Part shown: positions 55,801-64,000 of the stretch, one piece after another | Numbering within the stretch: the stretch's first letter is position 1 | Layout: every line of letters starts with the position of its first letter | Made by a program: the position numbers and the translations under genes | The notes under the pieces: model-generated | Told to the model about the DNA's origin: nothing | What the model saw: only the letters and a program-made list of their open reading frames with translations | The model's database searches: none | Assembly (NCBI GenBank): GCA_947476255.1 | Contig: CANJPY010000003.1 | Span: 37,551-101,550, forward strand | Source of the DNA: Chthoniobacteraceae bacterium | Lineage (GTDB): Bacteria; Verrucomicrobiota; Verrucomicrobiia; Chthoniobacterales; Chthoniobacteraceae | Reading direction: 5' to 3' | DNA length: 64,000 nucleotides

Positions 55801-57193
55801 GCTTGAGAACGGGACTTTCCTTTTGCCGCGCAGCTCGCGAGACATTGGCTGCGGCGCCTTGGACGGTCGCGGCGGCTGCAGTGGCGGATCTGGGAGCAGG
55901 TGCTGTTGCGGGCGTGAGTTCGGGCTCCTTGCCATGGAAGACGAAGTCATCGTAGTTCACATGGCCCCAACCACCGGTGAACGTATCCACAATACGGATA
56001 AAGATCTGTTTTCCGGAGAACGGACGCAGATCCAACACTTCGCGACGCATGTCCTCCCGATTGACACCCGCCGCCGCCTTGATGACTTTCCCAGTGGCTT
56101 GCTCCACAATTTCCACACGCGTCTTGTTGAGGTCGCTTCCGCCTCCGACCAAAAAACTGGCCCAGGGATGTTTGACCTCGAAGGCCACGGAGGTCAGGGT
56201 TCCAGTGACGAGGTCTCCGGCGCGTTCGTAACCACCCAGCCAGTAGTCTCCAACATGATTGCTTTGTTCCGAAGGCTTCCGTGGTCTGACTGTATCTCCC
56301 TTGACGGGCTGACCTTGCCACGCATTCCCCTCAGCCTTCCAGTCGCTGAGATTTCCTGCTTCGAAGCCAATGTTTAATGGACGACCGGAGGCATCAACGG
56401 GTTTGATCGAGGACGTATCCGGTTTGAGCAGTCCACCACCGGCGCGCGCTGGAGGTTTAGGAACGGGCGCTGCGATGTTGAGTTTGGAGCGCTGCCCTTC
56501 CACTCCACCAAGACTATCCCATGTCGGAGCATTGGGCGTAGGAGGAAGGTTGTGAATAAAAATGTCCTTAATTTGAACAACAGCATGGCCTCCGCTGTGG
56601 ACCTGCACTCCAATGATCCCGTCGGATGCGATGTTGGGATCCTGTTCCATGAAATCGGTCCCCTGAACGCCGTTGATCCAAGTTTGAATGCGCGGGCCGT
56701 CGGCCTTAATCACATACTCGTTCCAATCGTTGACTTTCAGCGCGGGACGCAGCGCATCCATATCAGACTTTGAAATGAGTTTGTTGCGGCGGCTCTCGTC
56801 ATAGATTGCGCCATACCAGGTGGGTTCGCCGTAATCGCATTGGTACCCCGAGACCTCGTGGTTTCCTGTGACGCGACGCGAGCGGATTTGGACTCCCGAG
56901 TTGATCATCCCGGTGGATGGATCACCGGTGAGCTTCAACTGCAGCCGAAGAATAAAATTGGAATGGCTGGTCTTGGTACAAATGAAGTCGTTGTAAGGAA
57001 TTTTTTTCTGTCCATCACCGCCTGTCAGAACACCATCCACAAAGCCCCAAACCGATCCTGGAAGAATGTCCCAACCTGAAGTGGATTTTCCGTCGAACAG
57101 CGGTACTGCGGAATCTGGCAGGACTGGCACCGGTTCGGCTCTTCCCGCAAGTGCAACTAGAAGAAAAACAACGGCAGAGAGAAAGATACGCAT
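52880..57193 (-). CDS. 1437-aa PVC-type fusion: DUF1080 (3-keto-disaccharide hydrolase), GH32-C/LamG-like jelly roll, putative membrane-bound dehydrogenase domain, HEAT repeats, cytochrome c (CxxCH)
   Basis: It has a signal peptide. DUF1080 is seen as LFDGKSTSGWDI...VDGVLTG...NSGVQIRS...WNEYVIKADGPRIQTWINGV...GIIGVQVHSGGHAVVQIKDIFI. The jelly roll is FEAGNLSDWKAEGNAWQGQPV...GDYWLGGYE...GTLTSVAFEV...GGWGHVNYDDFVFH. The dehydrogenase start is LTPGFQAELLAAEPDVKQPVAFAIDERGRLWIAE. CGVCH is at 53228..53242, followed by GPDLGG...FLENIVDPN...QSLMP. Confidence 0.92.
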   Translation of the reverse strand: MRIFLSAVVFLLVALAGRAEPVPVLPDSAVPLFDGKSTSGWDILPGSVWGFVDGVLTGGDGQKKIPYNDFICTKTSHSNFILRLQLKLTGDPSTGMINSGVQIRSRRVTGNHEVSGYQCDYGEPTWYGAIYDESRRNKLISKSDMDALRPALKVNDWNEYVIKADGPRIQTWINGVQGTDFMEQDPNIASDGIIGVQVHSGGHAVVQIKDIFIHNLPPTPNAPTWDSLGGVEGQRSKLNIAAPVPKPPARAGGGLLKPDTSSIKPVDASGRPLNIGFEAGNLSDWKAEGNAWQGQPVKGDTVRPRKPSEQSNHVGDYWLGGYERAGDLVTGTLTSVAFEVKHPWASFLVGGGSDLNKTRVEIVEQATGKVIKAAAGVNREDMRREVLDLRPFSGKQIFIRIVDTFTGGWGHVNYDDFVFHGKEPELTPATAPAPRSATAAAATVQGAAANVSRAARQKESPVLKHLVANPAKPTAVANADGQQVIATMMLTPGFQAELLAAEPDVKQPVAFAIDERGRLWIAEAYSYPNKRKDGKNEDRILILEDTKGDGSFDKRTVFFEGLNLVSGLEVGFGGVWVGAAPELLFIPRGADDKPGKPEVLLDGWGYQDTHETLNSFSWGPDGWLYGNQGVFTRSQVGKPGTPDDKRIDFRSGVWRYHPVRREFEMFAHGGSNQWGIDFNSNGHLFMTHCRSFWGGGGTTYIIRNGHFWNQANGNYAPFISNAGPEFAPHLKNFLPAAARYDSGAGGAGKPGSDSIYGGHSHVGTMIYLGDNWPETYRNHLFTNNLFGHQMNHQVNERKGSAYETVHAGHDLLIAPDPRYMAIDLQTGPDGAVYLIDWCDLQHCHTPADEKWDRTNGRVYRVSWAETFKPVKVDLGNKSDIELAKLHTHRNDWYSRQARNLLQYRKTAKPIEPEAVRILAEQTRSTDTSLALRAVWTLHVIGALDGTALETLAKAPDDILRSWAIQLATERSDAPALPAATLVALAKDDPSPTVRLALASAMPQVSAPLAWDIGTALAAHGEDADDRFLPRMVWCGLGRITGEDMPRALEIANTTPQRSLADSILWFAARTEKGREQLLNIIAKKDDASAARILRIMAFALKDDASLRMPAGWDAARTRLLSTKDRELEDAADSLSTLFGDKQVVAKLRNILGDDKAIDTRRQFAFEQLRKVDDPESLPLFAKLLENEALRSAIIPLLARAKDPSVAAALIKRFESLNPNDQSKALATLTARAELAAPLLVALKQGAFERKHVSSLQVRQMRNLKNAEIDRLLDESWGKVNDSSEASKETMARLKKSYSAAPLWAYDVKAGAETFKQLCGVCHAINGQGGNLGPDLGGSWRHGLDYFLENIVDPNAVVGENFQLHVITKKDGAVVSGLLDQESPTAVTLRTLGLPVVTAKSDIAKHEKLPQSLMPPGLLEGLPEQKAFELLKFLTSKN

Positions 57194-57529
57194 AGGAGAT
57201 GTCAGTTGCTGGAGTTGGACGCGGATTCAAGCAAGTAAAACGGACCTCAGGGAGGACAGCTACGAACAGGTTGCCGTTTACGAGTATGCCTCAGGATAAC
57301 CCTGCTTGAGGACATTTACAGCGGACAAATTTTGTGAACAATCGGTCACGATGTGCAACCGAGGTCGTTTGTGGCGGGACGGCGCACAGATCCTATGGCG
57401 TAAAGCTGCGGCCCACAATGGGAGGTGGCTTCAGCCGCGTTGCGCCGTGAGAGTGTGTCTTGATAGAAGGGTGATACGATGATCTCTTTCCAGGGCACCA
57501 ACGGAGGGCAGATTCTACCTCCGCACGTT

Positions 57530-58441
57530 TTAGCGTTCCAATTGCGACGGATTAGCAGGTGTGTCTTCATCAAGGACCTGAATCTGGTTGATCGTCTTGA
57601 ACAACTGATGGTCCGCATAAGTCCAAACCAACTGCTTGTCCGGCGTCACCTCGTACAAATGAGGATTCTTCCCAATGTGTCCGTGCCCCAGCCAGTTGCA
57701 CAGGATCGTATTGCCGTTTGGAAGCCTCTGTATCCCAGCCATTAAGCGCAGAGGATTGCCCTCCAGGTCGTTCTCACCGATGCTCCACACCACATCGCCC
57801 ATGGCGTTGAGTTCCAGGACCTGGTGCCCGTCGCCGCATGTCACCAGCCAGTTTCCGTTTTTTAGCGCGACCACCTCATGCGGGTTGCCTGGCACCACCT
57901 GTTCCCTCACCACGCGTCCGCTCGGATCCACCTCAGCGACCTTGCGGTCAGTCATGTACGTGACAAGATAATTGCCATTCGCCAGCTTTCGGGCACCACG
58001 AAACTGTCCGTGTGTCGCCACCTTTGCCCCCGGAACCAAGGGCACTTCCTTCGCAATTTTCCCCATGCGGTCCACTTCAATAAGGCGTTTGGTGCCGCAT
58101 TCCACTACGAGCACATTCCCCTCAGGAAGCGGTTGCGCGGAATGCACCTCCACGCCCTCCGGCGCGACGTATTCCCAAACCACTTTTTTGCCAAGAGTCA
58201 CTTCCTTCGCACCGTTGCAATACGCATAGAGGATGTTCCCGTTGGGCAGCAACCAGCAATCCTGGGGTTCCTTTGCCTCAATCCGCCACTCGATATTGCC
58301 CTCGGTGTTTACGATACACACCTGCCCCCCGGTGTAGTCGCAGCATAAAAAACGGTGTTTGATAGACTCAGCCGCTGATAGCTTGGAGGCGGTGAAAAAT
58401 CCAAGCAGCGCTATGGCGGAAAGGAGAAGCTTTGGCGGCAT
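57530..58441 (-). CDS. Secreted six-bladed beta-propeller-like protein (PQQ-like/ASST-like repeats), unknown function
   Basis: The start is the ATG at 58441 (MPPKLLLSAIALLGFFTASKLSAA). Repeats of about 45 aa carry an x-NGN-h-L-h motif: LPNGNILYA, LPEGNVLVV, LANGNYLVT, LKNGNWLVT, LPNGNTILC. The 194-aa N-terminal extension in the track is Arg-rich, overlaps the divergent aminotransferase gene start at 58760, and is rejected. Confidence 0.8.
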   Translation of the reverse strand: MPPKLLLSAIALLGFFTASKLSAAESIKHRFLCCDYTGGQVCIVNTEGNIEWRIEAKEPQDCWLLPNGNILYAYCNGAKEVTLGKKVVWEYVAPEGVEVHSAQPLPEGNVLVVECGTKRLIEVDRMGKIAKEVPLVPGAKVATHGQFRGARKLANGNYLVTYMTDRKVAEVDPSGRVVREQVVPGNPHEVVALKNGNWLVTCGDGHQVLELNAMGDVVWSIGENDLEGNPLRLMAGIQRLPNGNTILCNWLGHGHIGKNPHLYEVTPDKQLVWTYADHQLFKTINQIQVLDEDTPANPSQLER

Positions 58442-58759
58442 GATGCGTTTTATTTTAAAGCAATGTAGTGTTCGGGGCTTGTGCAACAATGCATAGGCTG
58501 CGACGACTTCGTCAACGTTCCAAATCTGCGACGGATTCCGTCCGAGGCGCCTCCCTCCGTTGCCTGAAAACGGTAGTTGCTGTTCAGCGGCGTCTGCGTT
58601 TCCTTGCTTGGAGAACCGGAAGGGAATCCGTTTTGCGGGTCCAACAAAACCGGAGCAAAAACCGGAGCAATCCTGAAACCAACGAGTGAGATATGCTTCA
58701 CTCAATGAGTTAATGCAGCCCCTCCCACCGCACGAACGCAGAACGATACTTTTAATTTT

Positions 58760-59923
58760 ATGCCAAAAACAGCTTCCCGTCTCGGTGGTTTTACGGAGTC
58801 CGTGATTCGCGGGATGTCGCGCCTCGCGGCCCAACATAACGCCATCAATCTGGCGCAGGGGTTTCCTGAGGGGAACCCGCCGCGCCAGCTCATTGATGCT
58901 CTGATTTGTGCCGCGGAGGGCCCGCACCACCAATATGCGATGACATGGGGCGCGCCACGTTTCCGCCAAGCGCTCGCGAGGAAGGTGCAACGGTTTACGG
59001 GACTCGCGCTGGATCCGGATCAAAACTTCGTGGTGACTTGTGGGAGCACGGAGGCGATGATGGTGGCGCTGATGACGGCGTGTAATCCCGGGGATCGTGT
59101 CGTTGTGTTTTCACCGTTCTACGAGAACTACGTGGCAGACACTATCCTTTCGGGGGCGGTGCCGATTTATGTGCCGCTGCGCGCGCCTGATTTCCGATAT
59201 GATTTGGCGGAATTGACGTTGGCTTTTGCGCAGAACCCAAAGGCCGTCATCGTGTGCAATCCTTCCAATCCGAGTGGCAAGGTCTTTACCCGGGAAGAGC
59301 TGCTGGAAATTGGCGCCTTGGCGCAAAAATACGATGCGTTTGTGATTACGGACGAAGTGTACGAGCACATTGTATTTGCGCCGCATAAACACACGGCAAT
59401 GGCAGCGTTGCCCGGCCATTTTGAGCGCACCATCACATGCAACTCGCTTTCCAAAACTTACTCCATGACGGGGTGGCGCCTCGGATTTGTCCAAGCGGCC
59501 CCAGAGGTGATCGCTCAGGCAAAGAAGGTGCACGATTTTCTCACCGTGGGAGCGGCTGCGCCCCTTCAGGAAGCAGCGGTCACAGGGCTCGAATTTCCTG
59601 ACAGCTATTATGAAGAACTCAGGGCTTCTTATACCAGCCGGAGGGACATTTTCTTGGACGGTTTGGCGGCAAGCGGTTTGAAATGGACTGAGCCGGAGGG
59701 CGCCTATTTTGTGCTGCTCGATATTTCACCATTGGGGTTTGCAACAGATACTCAGGCGGCGGAGTGGCTGACCCGTGAAATCGGTGTGGCTGGGGTGCCG
59801 GGGTCAAGTTTCTTTCGCGAACCTGAGCATCGGTATGTTCGATTTCACTTTGCCAAAAATGAGGCGACATTGACCGAAGCAACCCGACGCTTGAGTCACA
59901 TTAAGAAACTACGGGGCTTGTAA
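58760..59923 (+). CDS. Pyridoxal-phosphate-dependent aminotransferase, class I/II (YbdL/kynurenine-aminotransferase-like)
   Basis: The N-terminus has INLAQGFP, followed by Y....G and the PSNPSGKVFT block. The PLP-lysine motif is NSLSKTYSMTGWRLG, and the C-terminus has VRFHFAK. The protein is 387 aa. Confidence 0.92.
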   Translation: MPKTASRLGGFTESVIRGMSRLAAQHNAINLAQGFPEGNPPRQLIDALICAAEGPHHQYAMTWGAPRFRQALARKVQRFTGLALDPDQNFVVTCGSTEAMMVALMTACNPGDRVVVFSPFYENYVADTILSGAVPIYVPLRAPDFRYDLAELTLAFAQNPKAVIVCNPSNPSGKVFTREELLEIGALAQKYDAFVITDEVYEHIVFAPHKHTAMAALPGHFERTITCNSLSKTYSMTGWRLGFVQAAPEVIAQAKKVHDFLTVGAAAPLQEAAVTGLEFPDSYYEELRASYTSRRDIFLDGLAASGLKWTEPEGAYFVLLDISPLGFATDTQAAEWLTREIGVAGVPGSSFFREPEHRYVRFHFAKNEATLTEATRRLSHIKKLRGL

Positions 59924-60272
59924 CGGACGTTCCCAAAGCAAATGTGGCGCCAACTTCTGCTTGCGCATGGAGCGGCATGGAGCGGCTTGAGATTTCGAGT
60001 TTATACGGTTGGTGACAGCGCGGATACGGTTTCAAAAAAGGAGGGAGCCTCCGCCGCAGGCCGCTTGCAGGGCGCGGTTCAGCAGAGCGCGTTGTGGTAC
60101 GAAGGCGGCCTGGATTCCTCGCTGGAGGACTCCCAGGGTGGTTGTGGAAGATTCGGACAACCAATGGTTGCCACCTGGAGAGTCCGTGAGAGATGCCACC
60201 TCCTGAAGCTGCTCGACAACCTCTTTGGATCTATCAAAATCACGGTTTGGTTACCTCACCCCACCCCCCGAT

Positions 60273-62366
60273 ATGAAAATTCGTGCATTGTTCCTTCCTC
60301 TGCTTTCGTCTCTTTCCTTGGTTGCCCGAGCAGACGACGTCCGCACCCAGCCTCTTAAAGATCTCAATGGCTATTTTCCGTTCAATGCGCCGAACTCTCT
60401 GAGCGAATGGGACGCGCGTCGCGAGGAGGTAAAGACCCGCATTCAAGTTGCAGCCGGTCTGTGGCCGATGCCCACAAAGACTCCGCTCAACGCCGTCATT
60501 CACGGCAAGATTGAGCGCGACGAGTATACCGTCGAAAAGGTTTATTTCGAGAGCGCTCCGGGTTTTTATTGCACGGGCAACTTGTATCGTCCGAAGCACA
60601 TTACGGGCAAAGTTCCCGGCGTGTTGTCGGCTCACGGCCACAACAAGGACGCCCGCCACGCTCTGGCGACACCTTTGGTCACCCGGCGGGAGATCGCCGG
60701 AGGCGCCGAGCGTTTCGAGAAAGGCGGGCTTTCCATCTATCAGAGCCGGTGTGTGCAACTCGCACGCATGGGGTGCGTTGTGTGGCAGTGGGACATGATC
60801 AGTGACTCAGATTCCATTCAGATTCCGAGGGAAGTCGTTCACACGTTTGCGAAGCAACGTTCGGAAATGAACACGACAGAAAACTGGGGCTTTTACAGTC
60901 CGCAGGCGGAGGCGCATAATCAGGGAATACTGGGGTTGCAGTTGCTAAATTCCCTGCGAGGCATTGACTTCCTTTTGAGCCTGCCCGAGGTTGATCCAGA
61001 GCGGATAGCGATGACTGGGGAGAGTGGTGGAGGGACGCAGACCATGCTCGCATCCGCCGTGGACGACAGGATCAAACTTTCGTTTCCGGTGGTGATGGTA
61101 AGCACTTCGATGCAGGGAGGGTGCACGTGTGAAAATGCGAGTCTGCTGCGGATTGGCACCGGCAATGTGGAGTTTGCAGCGCTATTTGCGCCCAAGCCTC
61201 TGGGCATGAACACGGCAAACGACTGGACCAAGGAATTGGCGGTGAAAGGGTTCCCAGATTTGCAGAAGATATATGAACTCCACGGCAGGAAGGGCGATGT
61301 TTTCTTGCTGCGTGGCGAACACTTCCAGCACAACTACAACTCTGTCACACGCTCCGCTTTCTACACCTTTCTCAACAAGCACTTCAAACTCAACCAGCCT
61401 GCGCCGGTCATTGAGCGCGACTTCGAACCCCTGAGCCTCGAGGAGCTTTCCGTCTGGGATGCCAGCCATCCGGCGCCCAAGGCTGCTGATCCCAATTTCG
61501 AGCGCAATCTCTTAAAATGGTTAACCGAAGACTCCGGCAAACAGCTGCGAGCTGCCGCAGCGACGGAAGAGGGGCTGCAAAAAACAATACGTCCTGCCGT
61601 CGAAACCATCATCGGCCGCAGCTATGCAAAGGCCGGAGACGTGGAGTGGATCGTGAACGCGAAAAAGGACCTTGGTGACCGCTTCGAAATGAGCGGGACA
61701 TTGCACAACAAGACCCATGGCGAAGACATCCGTGTCGCCTGGCTGTATCCCAAAAAGGCCAAGGACCGCGCCGTAATCTGGCTCTCGGACAAAGGTGCCG
61801 CCGCGGTGACAGACCCCGCTGTCCTGCAACTCGTCAAATCCGGAGCGACCGTCCTTTGCGCCGACCTTTTTGAAGCAGGTACGCGCCAAACCGGCGTCGT
61901 TGCCAACCCGCGTGAATTCGCGGGCTTTACACACGGCTACAACGACTCCGTTTTCGCAAGGCGAACTCACGATGTTTTATCACTGATCACTTTCGTGCGT
62001 AACGGCAAGGTGGGCAGTCACCAAAACCCGCCGAGGGTCTTGCTCGCAGGCTGGGAGAGCACAGGCCCGGTCGTTCTCGCCGCACGCGCCTTGGCGGGTG
62101 ATGCTGTCGACCGGACGGCCGCGGATACCAATGGGTTTCGCTTTGGCAAGCTGCTCGATTACCGCGATCCGATGTTTATTCCTGGAGGCGCCAAGTACCT
62201 TGATCTTCCCGGAATGGTGGCGCTCTGCGCGCCCAAACCTCTCTGGCTCGCCGGCGAAGGTCAAAAGCCCGAAGTCTTTGGTGCGAAGTTTCAAGAACTC
62301 ACTGCCTATTCCGGCGGGGCAGAGAAAAAGCAAACAACCGCCGCTGAGTGGTTCTTAAAAGAGTAA
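60273..62366 (+). CDS. Secreted alpha/beta-hydrolase, acetylxylan-esterase-like
   Basis: The start is the ATG at 60273 (MKIRALFLPLLSSLSLVARA). The N-terminal AXE-like segment is EWDARREEVKTRIQVAAGLWPMP...YTVEKVYFESAPGFYCTGNLYRP. The nucleophile elbow is MTGESGGG. The substrate is not inferable. Confidence 0.8.
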   Translation: MKIRALFLPLLSSLSLVARADDVRTQPLKDLNGYFPFNAPNSLSEWDARREEVKTRIQVAAGLWPMPTKTPLNAVIHGKIERDEYTVEKVYFESAPGFYCTGNLYRPKHITGKVPGVLSAHGHNKDARHALATPLVTRREIAGGAERFEKGGLSIYQSRCVQLARMGCVVWQWDMISDSDSIQIPREVVHTFAKQRSEMNTTENWGFYSPQAEAHNQGILGLQLLNSLRGIDFLLSLPEVDPERIAMTGESGGGTQTMLASAVDDRIKLSFPVVMVSTSMQGGCTCENASLLRIGTGNVEFAALFAPKPLGMNTANDWTKELAVKGFPDLQKIYELHGRKGDVFLLRGEHFQHNYNSVTRSAFYTFLNKHFKLNQPAPVIERDFEPLSLEELSVWDASHPAPKAADPNFERNLLKWLTEDSGKQLRAAAATEEGLQKTIRPAVETIIGRSYAKAGDVEWIVNAKKDLGDRFEMSGTLHNKTHGEDIRVAWLYPKKAKDRAVIWLSDKGAAAVTDPAVLQLVKSGATVLCADLFEAGTRQTGVVANPREFAGFTHGYNDSVFARRTHDVLSLITFVRNGKVGSHQNPPRVLLAGWESTGPVVLAARALAGDAVDRTAADTNGFRFGKLLDYRDPMFIPGGAKYLDLPGMVALCAPKPLWLAGEGQKPEVFGAKFQELTAYSGGAEKKQTTAAEWFLKE

Positions 62367-62596
62367 CGCGATCTCCCGCGGCCCGTTTTGAATTGCAGTT
62401 CACTGCGGGCTTGCGCGGTTCTCTACGACTCCGCGAAGGGGGGCGGTGCCATCTTCGTACTTGGGTGGCAGCAAGTACGCGACACTCCTTGGGGTTGCCT
62501 CCAACACTCTTCCCATTACTGGACTGCCAGCAGTAGCGGCGTCCGCCATTGCGTTGCCACGGAGGGACCGTCAAACATGGGAGCTTCGGACCGCCG

Positions 62597-64000
62597 CTAT
62601 TTCATGGGGAAGTCGTCTTTGAGGAGGACCCTTCGGATGGCTGTGGGTTTGGATTCTTTGTTCGCCGAGTCCACATAGGTTGCGAACAAATAGAGCGGTG
62701 TTTCAGGACGCAGTCGGCTCACAAGAACCACCGGAGCCGCCGAGGAACTCTTTTGAGCGGTTAGTGTTCCGAGGGACTGGGCGCCGGCACCGTTCTCATA
62801 GGCGGAGACATAAACCCGGTATTCTTTCGCATCGGCGACGGGTTCCAGGGAGACCTCCACCCGAGTGCCGTCGTATTGGTGTTCGGGCGGATTGATTTTG
62901 GTAATAACCGGCGCGGGCAGGATGTGTTTGGAGGTAAAATCAGCATGCGGGTTCGGAAGCGAGGAGGCATCGGACTGGAAGCGCACCACGTTCGCAGCCC
63001 GCTTCTGGAGGTCCACAGGGGCTGAGGTCATCTGGTTCGGATTGTCGTAAATGGCAACCAGATTGGAGAACTGCACGGAGCTGTCAGGAACTTCCAACAA
63101 CTGGTCGACATACACGTGGTGGGTACGGTGTTCGATCATGACGCGCCGCAGTTTGAGGGGGAGATCTACAACGCCATCTCCGCCGTAAGATCCCCACCAG
63201 ACGGTGTCCTTTTCGCGGTAATTGTCCGCGGGTTGTGTGGCTGGGAGAGGGAATTCCACAAACCGCCAGCCGTCGAAGTTGAAGTAGCTCCAGCAGTGGG
63301 TGTCGTCACAATTCCAATCATCCTTTGTGCCTGTGCTCAGCCAGATTTCTCCTTTGGCGTCTTCGAGTTCGTAGGCAATTCTGCCCCAGTTGGATTTGCC
63401 GTTGATCCACACGCCGAGGGAGCGCGCCTTGCCGGGAATCTCCAAAGTTTTGTCCGGGGCAAAGGCACCGTACCAGGCGGCGAGCGGGCGTTGCTTTTCT
63501 GGCTTGTGCAGCGTGACTTGCCACACCTTGCTTTTACGCTCGGGAGAGTCGACGGTTTCGGAGGTCATCTGCGCGGCGAAGCGAGGGGCGCCCCAGTGGC
63601 TCTTCGCGTAACGCTCGTCACCTGCGGGCTCAAAAGTCCAGGGTGAAGCGAATGTGTCCAGAGCATGCATGTATCTGCCCGGAGTCTCATTGTAGGCGGG
63701 TTCCCCCAGTTCAATGCGTTCGATGGGCTGCTCGCTCGTGACCCAAACAGGAGACGCCCCGAGCAAGAGCTCCCCAGTATTCTCGACGAGACGCAGGGGC
63801 GACTCATTGCTGTTTTCGTCCACGGAGAACGGTTTCGCGTTCTTTGCAAACACCAGCTTCGCAGTGCGTTTTCCACGGAGTGTCCACAGGCTGTAGACGA
63901 AACTTTTCGGCGTCTTGCCCGCAAAGCGCACGCAGTAGACGGATAGGGATCCCGTTGGCACGAACCCATCGGGCGACACGTGCGAATCCAGAAGCCGGGT
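62597..64000 (-). CDS. Hypothetical secreted protein, C-terminal part only (the gene continues past the right edge); FN3-like C-terminal domain
   Basis: The track start at 63979 is a GTG, and the frame stays open to nt 64000 (...TRLLDSHVSPDGF...), so the true start is outside the window. The C-terminus PAPVITKINPPEHQYDGTRVEVSLEPVADAKEYRVYVSAYENG looks fibronectin-III-like. I recognise no catalytic motif. Confidence 0.7.
   Translation of the reverse strand, partial: TRLLDSHVSPDGFVPTGSLSVYCVRFAGKTPKSFVYSLWTLRGKRTAKLVFAKNAKPFSVDENSNESPLRLVENTGELLLGASPVWVTSEQPIERIELGEPAYNETPGRYMHALDTFASPWTFEPAGDERYAKSHWGAPRFAAQMTSETVDSPERKSKVWQVTLHKPEKQRPLAAWYGAFAPDKTLEIPGKARSLGVWINGKSNWGRIAYELEDAKGEIWLSTGTKDDWNCDDTHCWSYFNFDGWRFVEFPLPATQPADNYREKDTVWWGSYGGDGVVDLPLKLRRVMIEHRTHHVYVDQLLEVPDSSVQFSNLVAIYDNPNQMTSAPVDLQKRAANVVRFQSDASSLPNPHADFTSKHILPAPVITKINPPEHQYDGTRVEVSLEPVADAKEYRVYVSAYENGAGAQSLGTLTAQKSSSAAPVVLVSRLRPETPLYLFATYVDSANKESKPTAIRRVLLKDDFPMK

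Noticed and set aside
53313-56377. Three long + strand ORFs (329, 308 and 337 aa) inside the 1437-aa gene
   Set aside because: They are Ser/Arg/Ala-rich antisense frames of a GC-rich gene whose minus-strand product has five recognisable domains. They have no motifs or signal peptides of their own. The same reasoning applies to 21348..21995, 22038..22571, 6598..7263, 42073..42792, 47443..48846 and similar ORFs.
58442-59023. 194-codon N-terminal extension of the beta-propeller ORF
   Set aside because: It is Arg-rich with no domain and overlaps the divergent aminotransferase gene start at 58760. The internal ATG at 58441 gives a canonical signal peptide.
1-64000. Anti-phage defence island, prophage, secretion system or biosynthetic cluster
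   Set aside because: I looked for nucleases, ATPases/helicases, methyltransferases, integrases, capsid or tail genes, and PKS/NRPS motifs. I found only a dead RT-maturase fragment and a dead transposase. The window is a secreted-protein/glycan island instead.

Overview
This is a 64-kb chromosomal window of roughly mid-50s % GC by eye. I found no rRNA, tRNA or CRISPR array. The gene content points to the PVC superphylum (Verrucomicrobiota or Planctomycetota). Almost every protein is large and secreted and belongs to a family that is expanded there and still functionally undescribed.

The core (15.6-45.7 kb) holds five paralogous secreted cassettes:
- Two pairs of a PSCyt1/DUF1549/DUF1553 protein with a Tat-exported DUF1501 protein.
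- Two pairs of a DUF1587/1595/1592/1588/1585-type protein with a Tat-exported DUF1552 protein. One pair carries a translationally coupled LRR gene. The other has a 1883-aa partner containing five tandem copies of an internal module.
- One orphan DUF1501 gene next to a decayed ECF sigma factor gene.

Around the core are glycan-related genes:
- Two SASA/SGNH-type O-acetylesterases.
- One alpha/beta-hydrolase esterase.
- Two DUF4838+CBM9-like proteins, one fused to a TPR module that is a separate gene at the other locus.
- A protein with two right-handed beta-helix domains.
- Two PVC-type membrane-bound-dehydrogenase / HEAT / cytochrome-c proteins, one of them fused to a DUF1080 (3-keto-disaccharide hydrolase) domain.

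Other content:
- A 1392-aa HEAT-repeat orphan.
- An InlB-B-repeat/Ig surface protein.
- A DUF4126 membrane protein.
- A class I/II aminotransferase.
- An IS4 / group II intron scar.
- Two short tandem repeats (12-nt x5 and 10-nt x7).

All family calls come from motif recognition by eye; no searches were run. The ORF track uses GTG/TTG as M, so I re-picked several starts at signal peptides.
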